A stretch of DNA of 64,000 bases from Nostoc sp. DedSLP01 (lineage in GTDB: Bacteria; Cyanobacteriota; Cyanobacteriia; Cyanobacteriales; Nostocaceae). A program made the translations under genes and the position numbers. Every line of letters begins with the position of its first letter. Position 1 is the stretch's first letter. Location: positions 128,001 through 192,000 of the forward strand of contig JAVRCJ020000007.1 in the NCBI GenBank assembly GCA_034530875.2. Direction: 5' to 3'. Shown one piece after another: positions 10,084 to 20,470 of the stretch. The notes beneath the pieces are model-generated. The model made no database searches. It was not told where the DNA came from and worked only from the letters and a program-made list of their open reading frames with translations.

Positions 10084-10881
10084 TTAAGTATCTTGAGTAG
10101 GAGGATGTTTTTGAATTTCTTGCTGTACCTCCTCTAAACTCAAACCTAACTCTTTTGCTGTTTCTTCAAAACTCAATCCCAACCTCAACAACAAAGGAAT
10201 CATTCTCAATTTTTCTTGACGCGCTCCTTCTTGCTGCCCTTCTTGATAAACTCGTGTTTGTTTCAAATCGCTTAATCCAAACATTCCTTCAATCTCCTCT
10301 CGGCTCATAGTTGGAAATTTGTAAACCAAAATTGTCTCTATTAATTCTAATAACTGCCGCCGCCGTGGTTCAATATTGATTTCTTGCTCGGTTCTGTCTA
10401 TTAACTGTCTGGCGGATGTGATTGCTGTATCCTCATTATCGACTACTAATTTCATCGTAGCAATTCCAATTGGCAACGATGTAGTTTCACCTAATTCATT
10501 TAGATAAATACGACTGATGCGCTGGCTGTCGAAAAATTCACTGTAATTCTTGATGTCTGCTGTATCTAAACTGCGATTGGGATAGATAACAACTCCTCGC
10601 CAAGAATTTTTAGGTTGATTTTGACGTAAGTACAAACAAATTTCTGAAATTAGCCGCGAATAAATTTCTGTATCGGTTTGAAATTGAACCTCAACAAAAT
10701 AAATTGGATTTTTCTCTCCTTGTGTTGGTAGAAAAACCCCATCAATGCGGAATGCAGTTTGTTTGATTTCTACTGAAGAGAATTGATAACCTTCTGCGGT
10801 TTGGGGTGGGTTGCCAATTAATTCAAAAAAGATATCAGGAAATTCTTGAAAAAGACGATAAAAAATGCTGTCAGTTTTCAC
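10084..10881 (-). CDS. Rpn-like PD-(D/E)XK protein (DUF2887 type)
   Basis: MKTDSIFYRLFQ, RIDGVF, FVEVQFQ and LKQTRVYQE motifs; GTG start. Confidence 0.85.
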   Translation of the reverse strand: MKTDSIFYRLFQEFPDIFFELIGNPPQTAEGYQFSSVEIKQTAFRIDGVFLPTQGEKNPIYFVEVQFQTDTEIYSRLISEICLYLRQNQPKNSWRGVVIYPNRSLDTADIKNYSEFFDSQRISRIYLNELGETTSLPIGIATMKLVVDNEDTAITSARQLIDRTEQEINIEPRRRQLLELIETILVYKFPTMSREEIEGMFGLSDLKQTRVYQEGQQEGARQEKLRMIPLLLRLGLSFEETAKELGLSLEEVQQEIQKHPPTQDT

Positions 10882-11021
10882 GCTCGATCTATTGCTGGGA
10901 TTTGCCTCGTTGAGATTTTATCGTGAAATGGGTGCTAACAGATTTTGTTAAATTAGACTGGCGAAGTTTACAAGAATCGATCGCTATGTAAATATGCATT
11001 TCAATTGCATAACAGCTGAGT

Positions 11022-11050
11022 AAGCCGACTGGCGATCGCACCGTCGGCTT
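11022..11050. terminator. Hairpin downstream of the desaturase with HIP1 in the loop
   Basis: AAGCCGAC-tggcgatcgcacc-GTCGGCTT. Confidence 0.5.
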
Positions 11051-11075
11051 GACAAATTGATAATTCAGTTGCAAT

Positions 11076-11945
11076 TTAGCCGCGAGTTGCACCCTGAGGC
11101 GGATGGGAGACAACTTTTTTGGCTAAACCTAAAGTCTGCAAAACTTTGATGCTCCACCAAGTTACATCAATTTCCCACCAAGATAAGCCAGATTTCGCCA
11201 GATGGGGATAAGTATGATGGTTATTATGCCATCCTTCTCCGTATGTAACGAGGGATACCCACCAAAGGTTACGAGCGCCGTCATTGGCGTCAAAGGTGCG
11301 ATAACCCCATAGGTGTGATGCTGAATTTACAAACCAAGTTGAGTGCCAAAGTAAAACGCATCTGACAAACATGCCGTAGATGACAAAAGACCATCCTCCT
11401 AAAGCATATAGCAGCAGCCCAAAGGGAATTTGCAATAGTATAAAGTAGCGATCTAACCAGCGATAGAAAGGTTGTCTTGCTAAATCGGGGGCATATTTTT
11501 GATAGGTTTCATAGTCAAAAAACTCTGGACGCGGATAAAAAATCCACAGTATATGGCTCCACCAAAATCCTCGTTGAGCAGAGTAGGGGTCTAGGTTGAT
11601 ATCTTCGGTGTGGGCGTGATGCTGGCGGTGTCCGCCTACCCAAAAAATCGGCCCTCCTTGTAAAGCCAGCGCTCCGATCAGGGCGATCGCATACTCTAAC
11701 CACTTGGGAACTTGGAAACTTCGATGGCTCAGTAGCCGATGATATCCCAGGCAAATACCAATACTTCCGAATAACCAGTGGAGAAATACCAGCAAACCTA
11801 ATGCCGACCAAGAAAAAAACCAAGGAGCTAATAGTGCCAAGACATGAAATGTAGTGAAAAATACTACATTAGTCCAACTGAGTCGAAGTGAATTTCCTTT
11901 CTCAGGGATAATGCCTTTGTCGAATGCTCCATAATTTGTGGTCAT
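11076..11945 (-). CDS. desC: Delta-9 acyl-lipid desaturase (DesC family)
   Basis: Three His boxes HRLLSH, HRQHH, HNNHH; start taken at ATG 11945; which desC paralogue is not resolved. Confidence 0.85.
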   Translation of the reverse strand: MTTNYGAFDKGIIPEKGNSLRLSWTNVVFFTTFHVLALLAPWFFSWSALGLLVFLHWLFGSIGICLGYHRLLSHRSFQVPKWLEYAIALIGALALQGGPIFWVGGHRQHHAHTEDINLDPYSAQRGFWWSHILWIFYPRPEFFDYETYQKYAPDLARQPFYRWLDRYFILLQIPFGLLLYALGGWSFVIYGMFVRCVLLWHSTWFVNSASHLWGYRTFDANDGARNLWWVSLVTYGEGWHNNHHTYPHLAKSGLSWWEIDVTWWSIKVLQTLGLAKKVVSHPPQGATRG

Positions 11946-12047
11946 AAAAATTCCTGTTGATGGATGATTAAGCGATTTGCCTTTTCTCGGATGCCATCCC
12001 CCAAGGGATTTTCCCAATCTCTGTGCCAGTTCGTTACAGTAGAGTGA

Positions 12048-12111
12048 GGCAAGTATCGCTTACATTTTTATGCTAGCAGTACTCTTACTTCTTGTGCAAG
12101 TAAGACTTGCA
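12048..12111. promoter_or_regulatory. Candidate pair of TetR operators
   Basis: Perfect TGCAAGT-AAG-ACTTGCA (12095-12111) and degenerate GGCAAGT-ATC-GCTTACA (12048-12064) between the divergent genes. Confidence 0.6.
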
Positions 12112-12118
12112 TTTTTCT

Positions 12119-13348
12119 ATGTCGTCTCAAATTATTTCAACTCGTCAACGTCTCATCCAAGCTGCACTTGAGTTGTTTACTGCTCAGGGAGTTAGCGCTA
12201 CTACAACTCGCCAAATAGCTGAAAAGGCTGAAGTCAATGAAGTGACTTTGTTTCGGAATTTTGGTAATAAACATGGGCTGCTTTTGGCTGTGCTGGAGGA
12301 GTCAGCAGCTTTCAAAAATTTGGGTGAGTCGCTGGTGCGGCGGGCAACTCCTCCTGGTAACGTCTACCAAGCTCTGAAAGATTATGCAAGTGATACCTTA
12401 CATGCTTTAGAACGAGTGCCAGAGTTTGTTCGTTCTGTAGTCGGAGAGGCTGACCAATTTCCGGCAGAAAATCGCCGCGCCTTAGGCAGGGGTGTAACAG
12501 AGGCAAACCGCTATGTGGCGCAGTATCTAGCCACCATAATGCAACAAGGACACTTAAATACCTATCTCCCCGCAGAGAAATTAGCCAGTTTGCTCAATGG
12601 CATGATTTTGGGATATGCCGTCATTGAATTTACTAGTGAATTTCACGAACTTTGGGAAGATCGGGATGATTTTCTGGAGAATTTAGTAGAGTTGTTTTTA
12701 CATGGGGCGATGTCACCCCCAGCCGAATCAGCAAGCAACTGCTTACAAGGAAGCACCATCGCCACAGAAGTAGCTGATTTACCAGCTAATTTGGTTCATA
12801 CAATTCTGCAACAAGCCAAAAAATCGGGAATGCGAGATTATGCCTTGGCTTATGTGTTATTCGGTGCTGGGTTATCGGTTACAGAAATAATTAACTTAGA
12901 GCGATCGCACCAGATTTACGATACTCAAGGGCACTTCTTGCAAATTACAATTCCTGGACTTGTCCGACAAGTACCTATCAATCAGTGGATTTTAGGCAAA
13001 CGCTACGGTTCTTATACTAATAATCCGTTAATTAAATGGCTCAAAAGTCGTAAAGATAATCAAGCAGCTATGTTTCTTAATGAGACAGCCAAGCCAATTT
13101 CTGAATCAGAGGTTGAGGCACGTTGGCAAGTATGGAGCGAGGGATTATTAACTCCCCAAGGACAACCGCCAGTCATCGCTCAACCACAACAAACCTGGCG
13201 GGTAGAAATGTTAATGCGGGGAATTAGTTTAGAAAACTTGAGTATTTTAACAGGTTGCGATCGCACCCAATTACAACCCTATGCCCGCCGAGCCAAAGAA
13301 AAAGCCGCGCTAGAACAAGCAACTCGTTTGGATCAAAAACCGGGATAG
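12119..13348 (+). CDS. TetR-family regulator fused to a degenerate tyrosine recombinase-like C-terminal domain
   Basis: N-terminal TetR HTH (TTTRQIAEKAEVNEVTLFRNFGNK); C-terminal RDYAL..VLFGAGLS..EI, RQVP, MFLN and LTGC...QPY are collinear with the XerD catalytic domain. Confidence 0.85.
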   Translation: MSSQIISTRQRLIQAALELFTAQGVSATTTRQIAEKAEVNEVTLFRNFGNKHGLLLAVLEESAAFKNLGESLVRRATPPGNVYQALKDYASDTLHALERVPEFVRSVVGEADQFPAENRRALGRGVTEANRYVAQYLATIMQQGHLNTYLPAEKLASLLNGMILGYAVIEFTSEFHELWEDRDDFLENLVELFLHGAMSPPAESASNCLQGSTIATEVADLPANLVHTILQQAKKSGMRDYALAYVLFGAGLSVTEIINLERSHQIYDTQGHFLQITIPGLVRQVPINQWILGKRYGSYTNNPLIKWLKSRKDNQAAMFLNETAKPISESEVEARWQVWSEGLLTPQGQPPVIAQPQQTWRVEMLMRGISLENLSILTGCDRTQLQPYARRAKEKAALEQATRLDQKPG

Positions 13349-13376
13349 AATTCAAAATTCAAAGTCACTCTTCGCA

Positions 13377-13511
13377 TCACCCCACCCCGGCTTTGCTAAC
13401 GCAAAACCTCCCCTCCCCTTGGCAAGGGGAGGGGTTGGGGGTGGGGTAAAACGGTTGTGGAGTAAGAGTTTGAGCTTAAGTTAACACCAATGACAGCTGT
13501 AAAGCCCCTAC
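13377..13511. mobile_element. Partial copy (right half) of the MITE-like element at 60122-60303
   Basis: Near-identical CACCCCACCCCGG...CCCCTTGGCAAGGGG...GAGCTTAAGTT(A/G)ACACCAATG block. Confidence 0.7.
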
Positions 13512-13529
13512 CGAGGATTGTGGTTTAAA

Positions 13530-13680
13530 TAAGTAGTAGTGCAAAATTAAATATACATTGTCATTGCGAGTGTAGCGTTCGCGGTAGCGTCTGGTAGAGA
13601 AGCGAAACGAAGCAATCGCAAGGTTTTGGGATTGCTTCACTTCGTTCGCAATGACATAAATAATTTTGCATAACCACTTA
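13530..13680. repeat. Palindromic REP/MITE-like element
   Basis: Outer imperfect IR TAAGTAGTAGTGCAAAATTA / TAATTTTGCATAACCACTTA; inner GTCATTGCGA...TCGCAATGAC and GAAGCAATC...GATTGCTTC. Confidence 0.65.
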
Positions 13681-13717
13681 GATGAAAAACACTGTAAATC
13701 CGAAATCCATCACTCCC

Positions 13718-14815
13718 TTAGCTTTCAAGATAATTGTCTAAGCTGGGTACATTAACCCAACTTCTTGTTTCATGGGATTTGTGGGATAAATCCATCAATA
13801 GCTGAGAATAAACTCCTTCTCGCAAGGATGGGATTGTTTGCTGTTTTTGGTCAATTCCTTGTATCCATTGGTCTATGACACGAAGAAATGCAGAAATCCG
13901 TCCATCGGCATAATTTTTGGGAAAAATTAATCGATTTGGTATTTCAATTTCTCCCAGAGGTTTACCTGGTTGAGAACCCCAAACACGAAAGCCATGTATA
14001 TAATCTTTTTGATTTTCACTACCTACAATTAAAGTGCCGCGATCGCCATATACTTCTATCCAATGAGTTCTTGGTGCATGAACAACGGCACTGATAGTCA
14101 CTTGGCAAGGCGTACCATCTGCTAGTTCCAACGTTAATATACAATTATCGTCTGTATTTACTTGTTTTAATTCTTGATTTGTGGGATCGATTCGCGCTGG
14201 AATTGCAGTAGTTAAATGAGCGTTTAATTTACTGACTGGGCCAAATAACCAGTGAATATAATCGAAGGCGTGGGAACCCAAAGACCCCAACGCACCACCT
14301 CCTTTTTCTTTGTCAGAATACCAATTCCAAGGACGGGAAGCATCAGCGCGAGAAGAACCTAACCAATCAATTCTAATTAGGCGCAAATCACCTACATATT
14401 TTGCTGACAAAAGTTCCGCAAATAATTGCCATCCTGGGACAAAGCGAAATTCAAAGTCTACCGTAGCAATGACGTTCTTTTCTTTAGCTAAACGATAAAG
14501 TTCTTTAGCTTCATTTGCATTTAAAGCTATAGGTTTCTCTAATAGTAAATGTTTGCCAGCTTGAAGGACTGTTTTTGCCATTTCATAATGCAAAAATGGC
14601 GGCGTTGAAATACTAACTGCTTCTACTTCTCGTAATGCCACAATATCTGCAATTGTTTCGCAGGCATGGCGAATATTATGCGATTCTCCTATGGCTTTGG
14701 CTTTATTGATATCTCGGTGATAAACAGCAACTACCTCGGTGCGAGGATGTGCTTGGAATGCAGGAATGTGGACTTTTTGACCAAATCCAGTGCCAGCGAT
14801 CGCAACCCCAATCAT
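13718..14815 (-). CDS. Gfo/Idh/MocA family oxidoreductase
   Basis: GTGFG Rossmann start, LLEKP and GGALGSLGSH motifs; start taken at ATG 14815. Confidence 0.88.
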   Translation of the reverse strand: MIGVAIAGTGFGQKVHIPAFQAHPRTEVVAVYHRDINKAKAIGESHNIRHACETIADIVALREVEAVSISTPPFLHYEMAKTVLQAGKHLLLEKPIALNANEAKELYRLAKEKNVIATVDFEFRFVPGWQLFAELLSAKYVGDLRLIRIDWLGSSRADASRPWNWYSDKEKGGGALGSLGSHAFDYIHWLFGPVSKLNAHLTTAIPARIDPTNQELKQVNTDDNCILTLELADGTPCQVTISAVVHAPRTHWIEVYGDRGTLIVGSENQKDYIHGFRVWGSQPGKPLGEIEIPNRLIFPKNYADGRISAFLRVIDQWIQGIDQKQQTIPSLREGVYSQLLMDLSHKSHETRSWVNVPSLDNYLES

Positions 14816-14982
14816 ATTATCTTTACTCCCAATCTTTATACAAATTATTCTTAAAAATTCAAAACTCAAAAGCCACAATAATGTGGCTTACATAATACAG
14901 ACACATCCCACCTCATAATTTTACAAACTAAGGTACTCTCTAGCACAACGTACGATAGTAATTAGTAATTTATTACTAATTA

Positions 14983-15450
14983 CTATCGTAAAATTCTCAT
15001 TGTTAAAGGATAACGATAATGTTGTCCATTGTAAGCTTTAATAGCAGCAAAAGTGACTAAAAATAATTGTAATATTAGTACTAATGAAGTTAAGCACATT
15101 ATAATAAATAATAAACTGTCTAATGTAAATTTTACTTCATTAACTGTACTATTAGTAGTTATTGCTAAACTAAAGCTTGCAAACACAAAAAACAAAGAAA
15201 TTACTATAAAAATCATTGTATAAAACGTCAAAGAAATTTGAAAATTTAAAGATTCTTTGCCTTGGAAATCAATCCAGGGATATTTTTGTTTTTGGAATCG
15301 CCAAATCAAAAGTGGGGCTAACAGATTTAGAGGCAAATATAAAGGTATACCAATAAAGACTAAAAACAAGACTAAGATCCACGCTAACAAAGCCGAGAGG
15401 TGGCACAACATCGCCCATACACGCATTTGTTGTTTAGGTTTTTCTCTCAT
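14983..15450 (-). CDS. DUF4870 family membrane protein
   Basis: WAMLCHLS, QGKESLNFQIS and G..YRYP motifs. Confidence 0.85.
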   Translation of the reverse strand: MREKPKQQMRVWAMLCHLSALLAWILVLFLVFIGIPLYLPLNLLAPLLIWRFQKQKYPWIDFQGKESLNFQISLTFYTMIFIVISLFFVFASFSLAITTNSTVNEVKFTLDSLLFIIMCLTSLVLILQLFLVTFAAIKAYNGQHYRYPLTMRILR

Positions 15451-15764
15451 AGCTTTTAAAGTCGAGGTGGATCTACCGGATAACTCTCCACTTTACTACT
15501 AATAAAATAGCCAAACAATAGCTGAAAATCTAAGTATTTGTCGATTCCGCCCTAGCTTTGAGTTGTGCATGGGTGCAGTAACCCCAAATTATCACATAGT
15601 CTTTATCTAGTTCTAAGTAGAAGGCAGGAGGAGTTCCTAAAAACCAGCGTCGTAAGGGACGGCGAGGTGAGTCCCCAACTACAAGTTTTGAGCAAACATC
15701 ATTTGTTGCGAGTGTGAATGCTAACAGCAACGAGAATGGAAATAAAGCACTAACAAGTTAGGAA

Positions 15765-16391
15765 TTACGAACTAACCAAACCAGCTTGAAAAATCTGGGC
15801 AGGGGTGAGATGCAATTCGGGAAAAGTTTGGGAGATAATGCGATCGCTATCTCTAAACTTACTTATTTGATATTCTCCATCTACTAAGTTACAAACCAAG
15901 ATTGTCGGTTGTTTAGGGTTACCAATAAAATTGCGCCCACCTAATGCCGCATAATCGACAATCCAGTATTCGGGAATACCCATCTCTTCATAATCAGCAT
16001 ATTTCAAGTGATAATCATCCCGCCAATTAGTTGATACTACTTCAATTACCAAAGGTATTGATGCAGCTAAACTGACAATAGATTGTTTTTTCCATAATGG
16101 TTCATTTGCCAGATTTGCACGATTTAGCACCAACACATCGGGAAAATAACCAGAATCTTTTTCAAGCGGTCTAACTATAGCTTGATTAGGGACAAGATAG
16201 GGGATTTCTAATCGGTCAATTGCAGCACTAATTTTTATTGTCAAAAAGCCCTTTACTTCCTCGTGTTCCCCTACTGGTTGCGCCATTTCAACAATACTTC
16301 CATTATGTAGTTCGTAACGTACCTCAGTATTTTCGGGTAGCCAATCGACGAATTCCTCAAAGGTTACTAGCTTTGGTATGGCTTGAGTCAT
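15765..16391 (-). CDS. Uma2 family endonuclease
   Basis: RYEL..G, PDV, LVIEVVS and K...Y...GIPEYWIVD motifs. Confidence 0.9.
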   Translation of the reverse strand: MTQAIPKLVTFEEFVDWLPENTEVRYELHNGSIVEMAQPVGEHEEVKGFLTIKISAAIDRLEIPYLVPNQAIVRPLEKDSGYFPDVLVLNRANLANEPLWKKQSIVSLAASIPLVIEVVSTNWRDDYHLKYADYEEMGIPEYWIVDYAALGGRNFIGNPKQPTILVCNLVDGEYQISKFRDSDRIISQTFPELHLTPAQIFQAGLVSS

Positions 16392-16699
16392 AAATGATAG
16401 AGAATTACTGAATCATAGAAATATTATCTCTAATCTACGGAAATGCAGACAGCTTTTCCACTACGGTTATATGAAAATATACTTTTACTACTAATAGTAA
16501 ATATGGATGCCATTGCAATTGTGAACCAGTCATGAGTGTTACAGGGTAGTACTTGTTTGGGAATACTTTTATTTATAGGAGTGATGAGAAAGGCGATCGC
16601 TAATACTTTTAATTCAAATGTACTACATTCCGTTATAATCACTCCCATTTGACGAAAAAAATTGTATAAACATTCACTAATCTACCAGGAGCAAACAAC

Positions 16700-17911
16700 A
16701 TGGGATTCGCTGAAGATATTGCCAAGCTGTCAGAACAAGTGCGTAAGCGGGCTGACCAAGTTGTTGGCGAAGAATCTACTAAGATGGCACTAATTGTTCC
16801 TTTTTTGAATGCTCTTGGCTACGATGTTTACGATCCTAGTGAAGTCATGCCAGAGTATGTAGCGGATTTTGCTACAAAAAAAGCAGGGCAATTTGAAAAG
16901 GTAGATTATGCCTTAGCTATTAACAATAATATAGTTATGCTCGTAGAAGCAAAAGCCCGTGGTCAAAAAGCTGAAACACACGATGGTCAATTAAGAAAAT
17001 ATTTTAATGCCCTTGTAACAACAAAAATTGCTGTTGTCACTAATGGAATTGAGTACCGTTTTTTCACAGATCTGCGTGATAAAAATGTCATGGATAAGGA
17101 ACCATTTTTTAGTTTTAATATCCTTGAATATAGTTCAAAAGATATAGATAATCTCAAATTTTTTCACCGTGACAATTTTGATGTTACAGCTATTACCAGT
17201 CATGCTGAAGAAATGGTTTATGTAAAAGGTATGACTCATCTAGTAGGAAATCTTTTACGTTCTCCATCTGAAGAGTTTGTTCGCTTTTTACTGACTGAAT
17301 TAGGTACAGTTGCTTCTAGTTATGAAATTCAAGGTAGAATTACTGGTAGAGTAATTGATAAATTTAAACCAATTGTTAAAAAATCGATTCAGGAAAGTTT
17401 AGTAGAGTTAATGACCCGTTCTTTGAGCCAAGAAATAGCTCAACCTGTTGAAGTTGAAGTAGAGCCAGAAGTTGAAGAAGAGGAGAAACCCCAAGACGTT
17501 CAAGAATCAAAGATAGTAACAACGGCTGAAGAAATTGAAGCATTTGAAAAAATTAAATCAATTACACAAACTTCAAAGAGCTACGGTTTTGAACTTAAGT
17601 ATAAAGATACTGCTTCATACTTTGGCATCAATCTTGGCAAAACTACCTGGTGGTTTCTACGGCTGTATTTGTCTTCCCAGAAAAAAAGTTTGATTACTAG
17701 ACTTAGTGTAGATGAAGTAAAATCTCTAGCTTCAAATTTTGAAGTGCAGGAAGTAACAGCCTCACTAGGAGATGCTGCATCAAAAGTAATTATTTCTTCG
17801 GTCAGTGATTTCGATAAACTGACATCGCTGATTCTTAGATGCTACGAAGCAGAAGCAGCTAAACATCAAGTATTTACAACAAATGCAATTGAGATGGGAA
17901 AATCAGCATAA
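16700..17911 (+). CDS. Stand-alone type I restriction HsdR N-terminal-like nuclease domain protein
   Basis: EESTKMALIVPFL..LGYDV, KVDYA, VEAK, QL..YF and TNG..YRFF motifs; no helicase domain. Confidence 0.8.
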   Translation: MGFAEDIAKLSEQVRKRADQVVGEESTKMALIVPFLNALGYDVYDPSEVMPEYVADFATKKAGQFEKVDYALAINNNIVMLVEAKARGQKAETHDGQLRKYFNALVTTKIAVVTNGIEYRFFTDLRDKNVMDKEPFFSFNILEYSSKDIDNLKFFHRDNFDVTAITSHAEEMVYVKGMTHLVGNLLRSPSEEFVRFLLTELGTVASSYEIQGRITGRVIDKFKPIVKKSIQESLVELMTRSLSQEIAQPVEVEVEPEVEEEEKPQDVQESKIVTTAEEIEAFEKIKSITQTSKSYGFELKYKDTASYFGINLGKTTWWFLRLYLSSQKKSLITRLSVDEVKSLASNFEVQEVTASLGDAASKVIISSVSDFDKLTSLILRCYEAEAAKHQVFTTNAIEMGKSA

Positions 17912-18000
17912 CTTTAAGTCTTTGCTACAAAATAAAATCCGATTTTCACCTGTAAGCAAAAGAGCGATCGCACTATTAATCCCAAACCTGTAAACTGGAC

Positions 18001-18034
18001 AAAAAAAAGTGGTTCCGCAACTAACAGAACCACT
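18001..18034 (-). terminator. Intrinsic terminator of acsF
   Basis: AGTGGTTC/GAACCACT stem followed by a T-run on the minus strand. Confidence 0.7.
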
Positions 18035-18059
18035 AAAGCTTTTGCAAAATTGTGATGAT

Positions 18060-19136
18060 TTAACGAGCTGCGCCTTGAGCAGAAGCAGCATCAATGGGTT
18101 TCATCAAGTACAACCGTAATAACTGCCAGCCAGTGGAGATAAAAATGGGCAGTTTTTGGAAGAATTGCAGGAATTTGGGAGTGTTGGAATTAGCGATCGC
18201 ACTCAGCTTCGTGTTATTGTTTACACAAACATCCAACCGTTCGTAAAACTCTGGATTGTCAACATCCAGCATCAACGGGAACACTCTACCTGCGGTCTCG
18301 TTGGTCTTCTTGATTACGTAGATGTCGTATTCTCGCGCATCTAACCCAATGGACGCATAAAAGTCCTTGCGTTGGATGTCATTGAGATACATTGTTACAA
18401 ACACCGACAACAAGAAGAAACGACTCCATAGCCGTGCCTTCCAATCATTCAACATTTGCGGCTGGGATTTCATCACCGCATCAAAGAAATCACCGTGACG
18501 GTTTTCATCTTGACACCAGTTTTCAAAGAACCGGAAAATTGGATAAATCCGGTCTTCGGGATGTGCTTCTAAATGACGATAAATGGTGATATAACGCCAA
18601 TAACCAATCTTCTCAGAGAGATAAGTAGCGTAGAATATGAATTTTGGCTTAAAGAAGGTATAATTGCGGCTCTTAGTCAAAAACCCTAAATCGAGGGACA
18701 GATTAAAGTCCGACATAGCTTTGTTTAAAAAGCCAGCGTGACGTGCTTCATCCCGTGACATTAGGTTAAAGCACTCTGCCAAGACGGGGCTTTTGTCTTT
18801 CAAGCGACGGCCGAGTTCTTTGTACAGCAAAAATCCGGAAAACTCTGCCGTACAAGAACGTTCTAGAAATTCAACAAACAGCTGACGAGTTTCTCCATCA
18901 ATATGATCCCAGGATTGTTCAAACTCGGCATCCCGAACAAAGTGATGGCGGTTGTAGTCAGCGCGAAATTCTTCGAGAATGGCTCTCAACTCGTCTTCGT
19001 TGACGGAAATATCCATCCGCGCCATTTCATCAAAGTCGGTAGTATAAAACCGAGGTGTTAACAGGGTTTCTTTTGCTGGAACTTTAATTCCTGGGCGTAT
19101 TTCTTCAAAGCCTGGTTTTTTGAGGGAATCTACCAT
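18060..19136 (-). CDS. acsF: Mg-protoporphyrin IX monomethyl ester oxidative cyclase
   Basis: [18 protein letters not shown] and DENRHGD di-iron motifs. Confidence 0.96.
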   Translation of the reverse strand: MVDSLKKPGFEEIRPGIKVPAKETLLTPRFYTTDFDEMARMDISVNEDELRAILEEFRADYNRHHFVRDAEFEQSWDHIDGETRQLFVEFLERSCTAEFSGFLLYKELGRRLKDKSPVLAECFNLMSRDEARHAGFLNKAMSDFNLSLDLGFLTKSRNYTFFKPKFIFYATYLSEKIGYWRYITIYRHLEAHPEDRIYPIFRFFENWCQDENRHGDFFDAVMKSQPQMLNDWKARLWSRFFLLSVFVTMYLNDIQRKDFYASIGLDAREYDIYVIKKTNETAGRVFPLMLDVDNPEFYERLDVCVNNNTKLSAIANSNTPKFLQFFQKLPIFISTGWQLLRLYLMKPIDAASAQGAAR

Positions 19137-19355
19137 GTCTCGATCGCAATGAGTGTCTTTATTATCTTGAGTACGCCAGAAAGCTAAGGATAATCTTCAT
19201 GGCAATGCTCAACAGCCGACAAATAATTCATTTGTATAAAGTTCAGTCTACCAAGGCGCGGGTGAGAAACAAGTAAGCAAAACGTTAAGAGTTGCAACAA
19301 TTGGTAAAACCAATTAGGAATTTGAGGCTGGGGAGTGGGAGTTAGCGATCGAGGA

Positions 19356-19510
19356 CTAGTACGGCTTTGCGTAATTCGCCCTGGGGCTACGCCCCGCTGC
19401 GCTAACGTAATTCGTAATACTCGCCTCCTGCGAGAAGCAAGCTACGTAATTATTGTTGCGTAAGGGTTTTAGACATTTTAACTTGGATGTTTTCCGCCGT
19501 GCTGTACTAG
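19356..19510. mobile_element. MITE-like element with CTAGTAC termini carrying small dispersed repeats
   Basis: CTAGTACGGC...GCTGTACTAG termini (9/10 match); internal CTACGCCCCGCTGCGCTAACG and CGTAATT units. Confidence 0.55.
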
Positions 19511-19934
19511 GAATTGGCAATTAGTTTTCCAGCTAGTTATGTTTGGGGCTTTAAGCGATCGCAATTTTCAGGAGACTCACCTAGCCTCCCATTTCCGGTC
19601 GCAGTAATTTCCCGTAGTTTTGACTACAATAAAAAAAATGGCTTTATCAATAAAGTTGCTTATCTTGAAATTAATAATCCATGACTAGCACGATTAGTAA
19701 ATACTTGTGATGAATCTAATGTAGAGTTTGTACGATTATTAACCGTAGAAAAGGCACTCTCCGCAACAGAAAAATCAGGGTTTAAGCAGTTACTCAGCAG
19801 TGCCTAGACTAGAAAAATTATCATCAAACAAATGGTGCAAGATTTGAGCCTAGCTATCAATACTGGTCTCAAATAAAACAGTATGAAAAAACCATCTTAG
19901 ACAACAAGAGCAAATCTAAAGGATTGACAACAAG

Positions 19935-20432
19935 ATGAATCTTGAAAACAATCAGCATAAAGACCGACTTTTTGTCTCTTACATCTTGAATGCAGCGATA
20001 TTTTTAGGATTAGGAGGGCTACACCGTTTTTACAATGGGAAGATCGGCACTGGTTTGTTGTGGCTGTTGACGGGTGGTGTGTTTGGTATAGGTCAGTTCG
20101 TGGATTTGTTTCTCATTCCCGATATGGTTAACCAATACGAGAACGATCTCAGACTCAAAGCGGGTGTATCTCCGTTTGGAGTACCTTTAGAACAACCTAC
20201 AGCGATCGCTTCTCAAGTTTACCGCCCGACTGGCAATCAATTGATGGTTAAACTCATTGAAGTCGCGGAAAGCAAAGGTGGTAGTCTCACTGTTACTCAA
20301 GGAGTCAAAGCCACCGGAGCCAGCTTTGCGGAAGTAGAAAAGACTCTCAAAGAAATGTATAAATCAGGCTATGTAAAAATTGATAACGACCCCGTTACTG
20401 GAGCCGTTACCTATCATTTTCACGAACTTTAA
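19935..20432 (+). CDS. TM2/NINE domain membrane protein with C-terminal winged-helix-like segment
   Basis: [27 protein letters not shown]2 motif. Confidence 0.82.
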   Translation: MNLENNQHKDRLFVSYILNAAIFLGLGGLHRFYNGKIGTGLLWLLTGGVFGIGQFVDLFLIPDMVNQYENDLRLKAGVSPFGVPLEQPTAIASQVYRPTGNQLMVKLIEVAESKGGSLTVTQGVKATGASFAEVEKTLKEMYKSGYVKIDNDPVTGAVTYHFHEL

Positions 20433-20470
20433 TTGTCATTTGTGCTTGGTCTGAAATACTAATGACCATT

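Noticed and set aside
8913..13348. Integrative element at dusB driven by the integrase-like domain
   Set aside because: Catalytic residues are missing, the domain is fused to TetR, and no att-like direct repeats were seen
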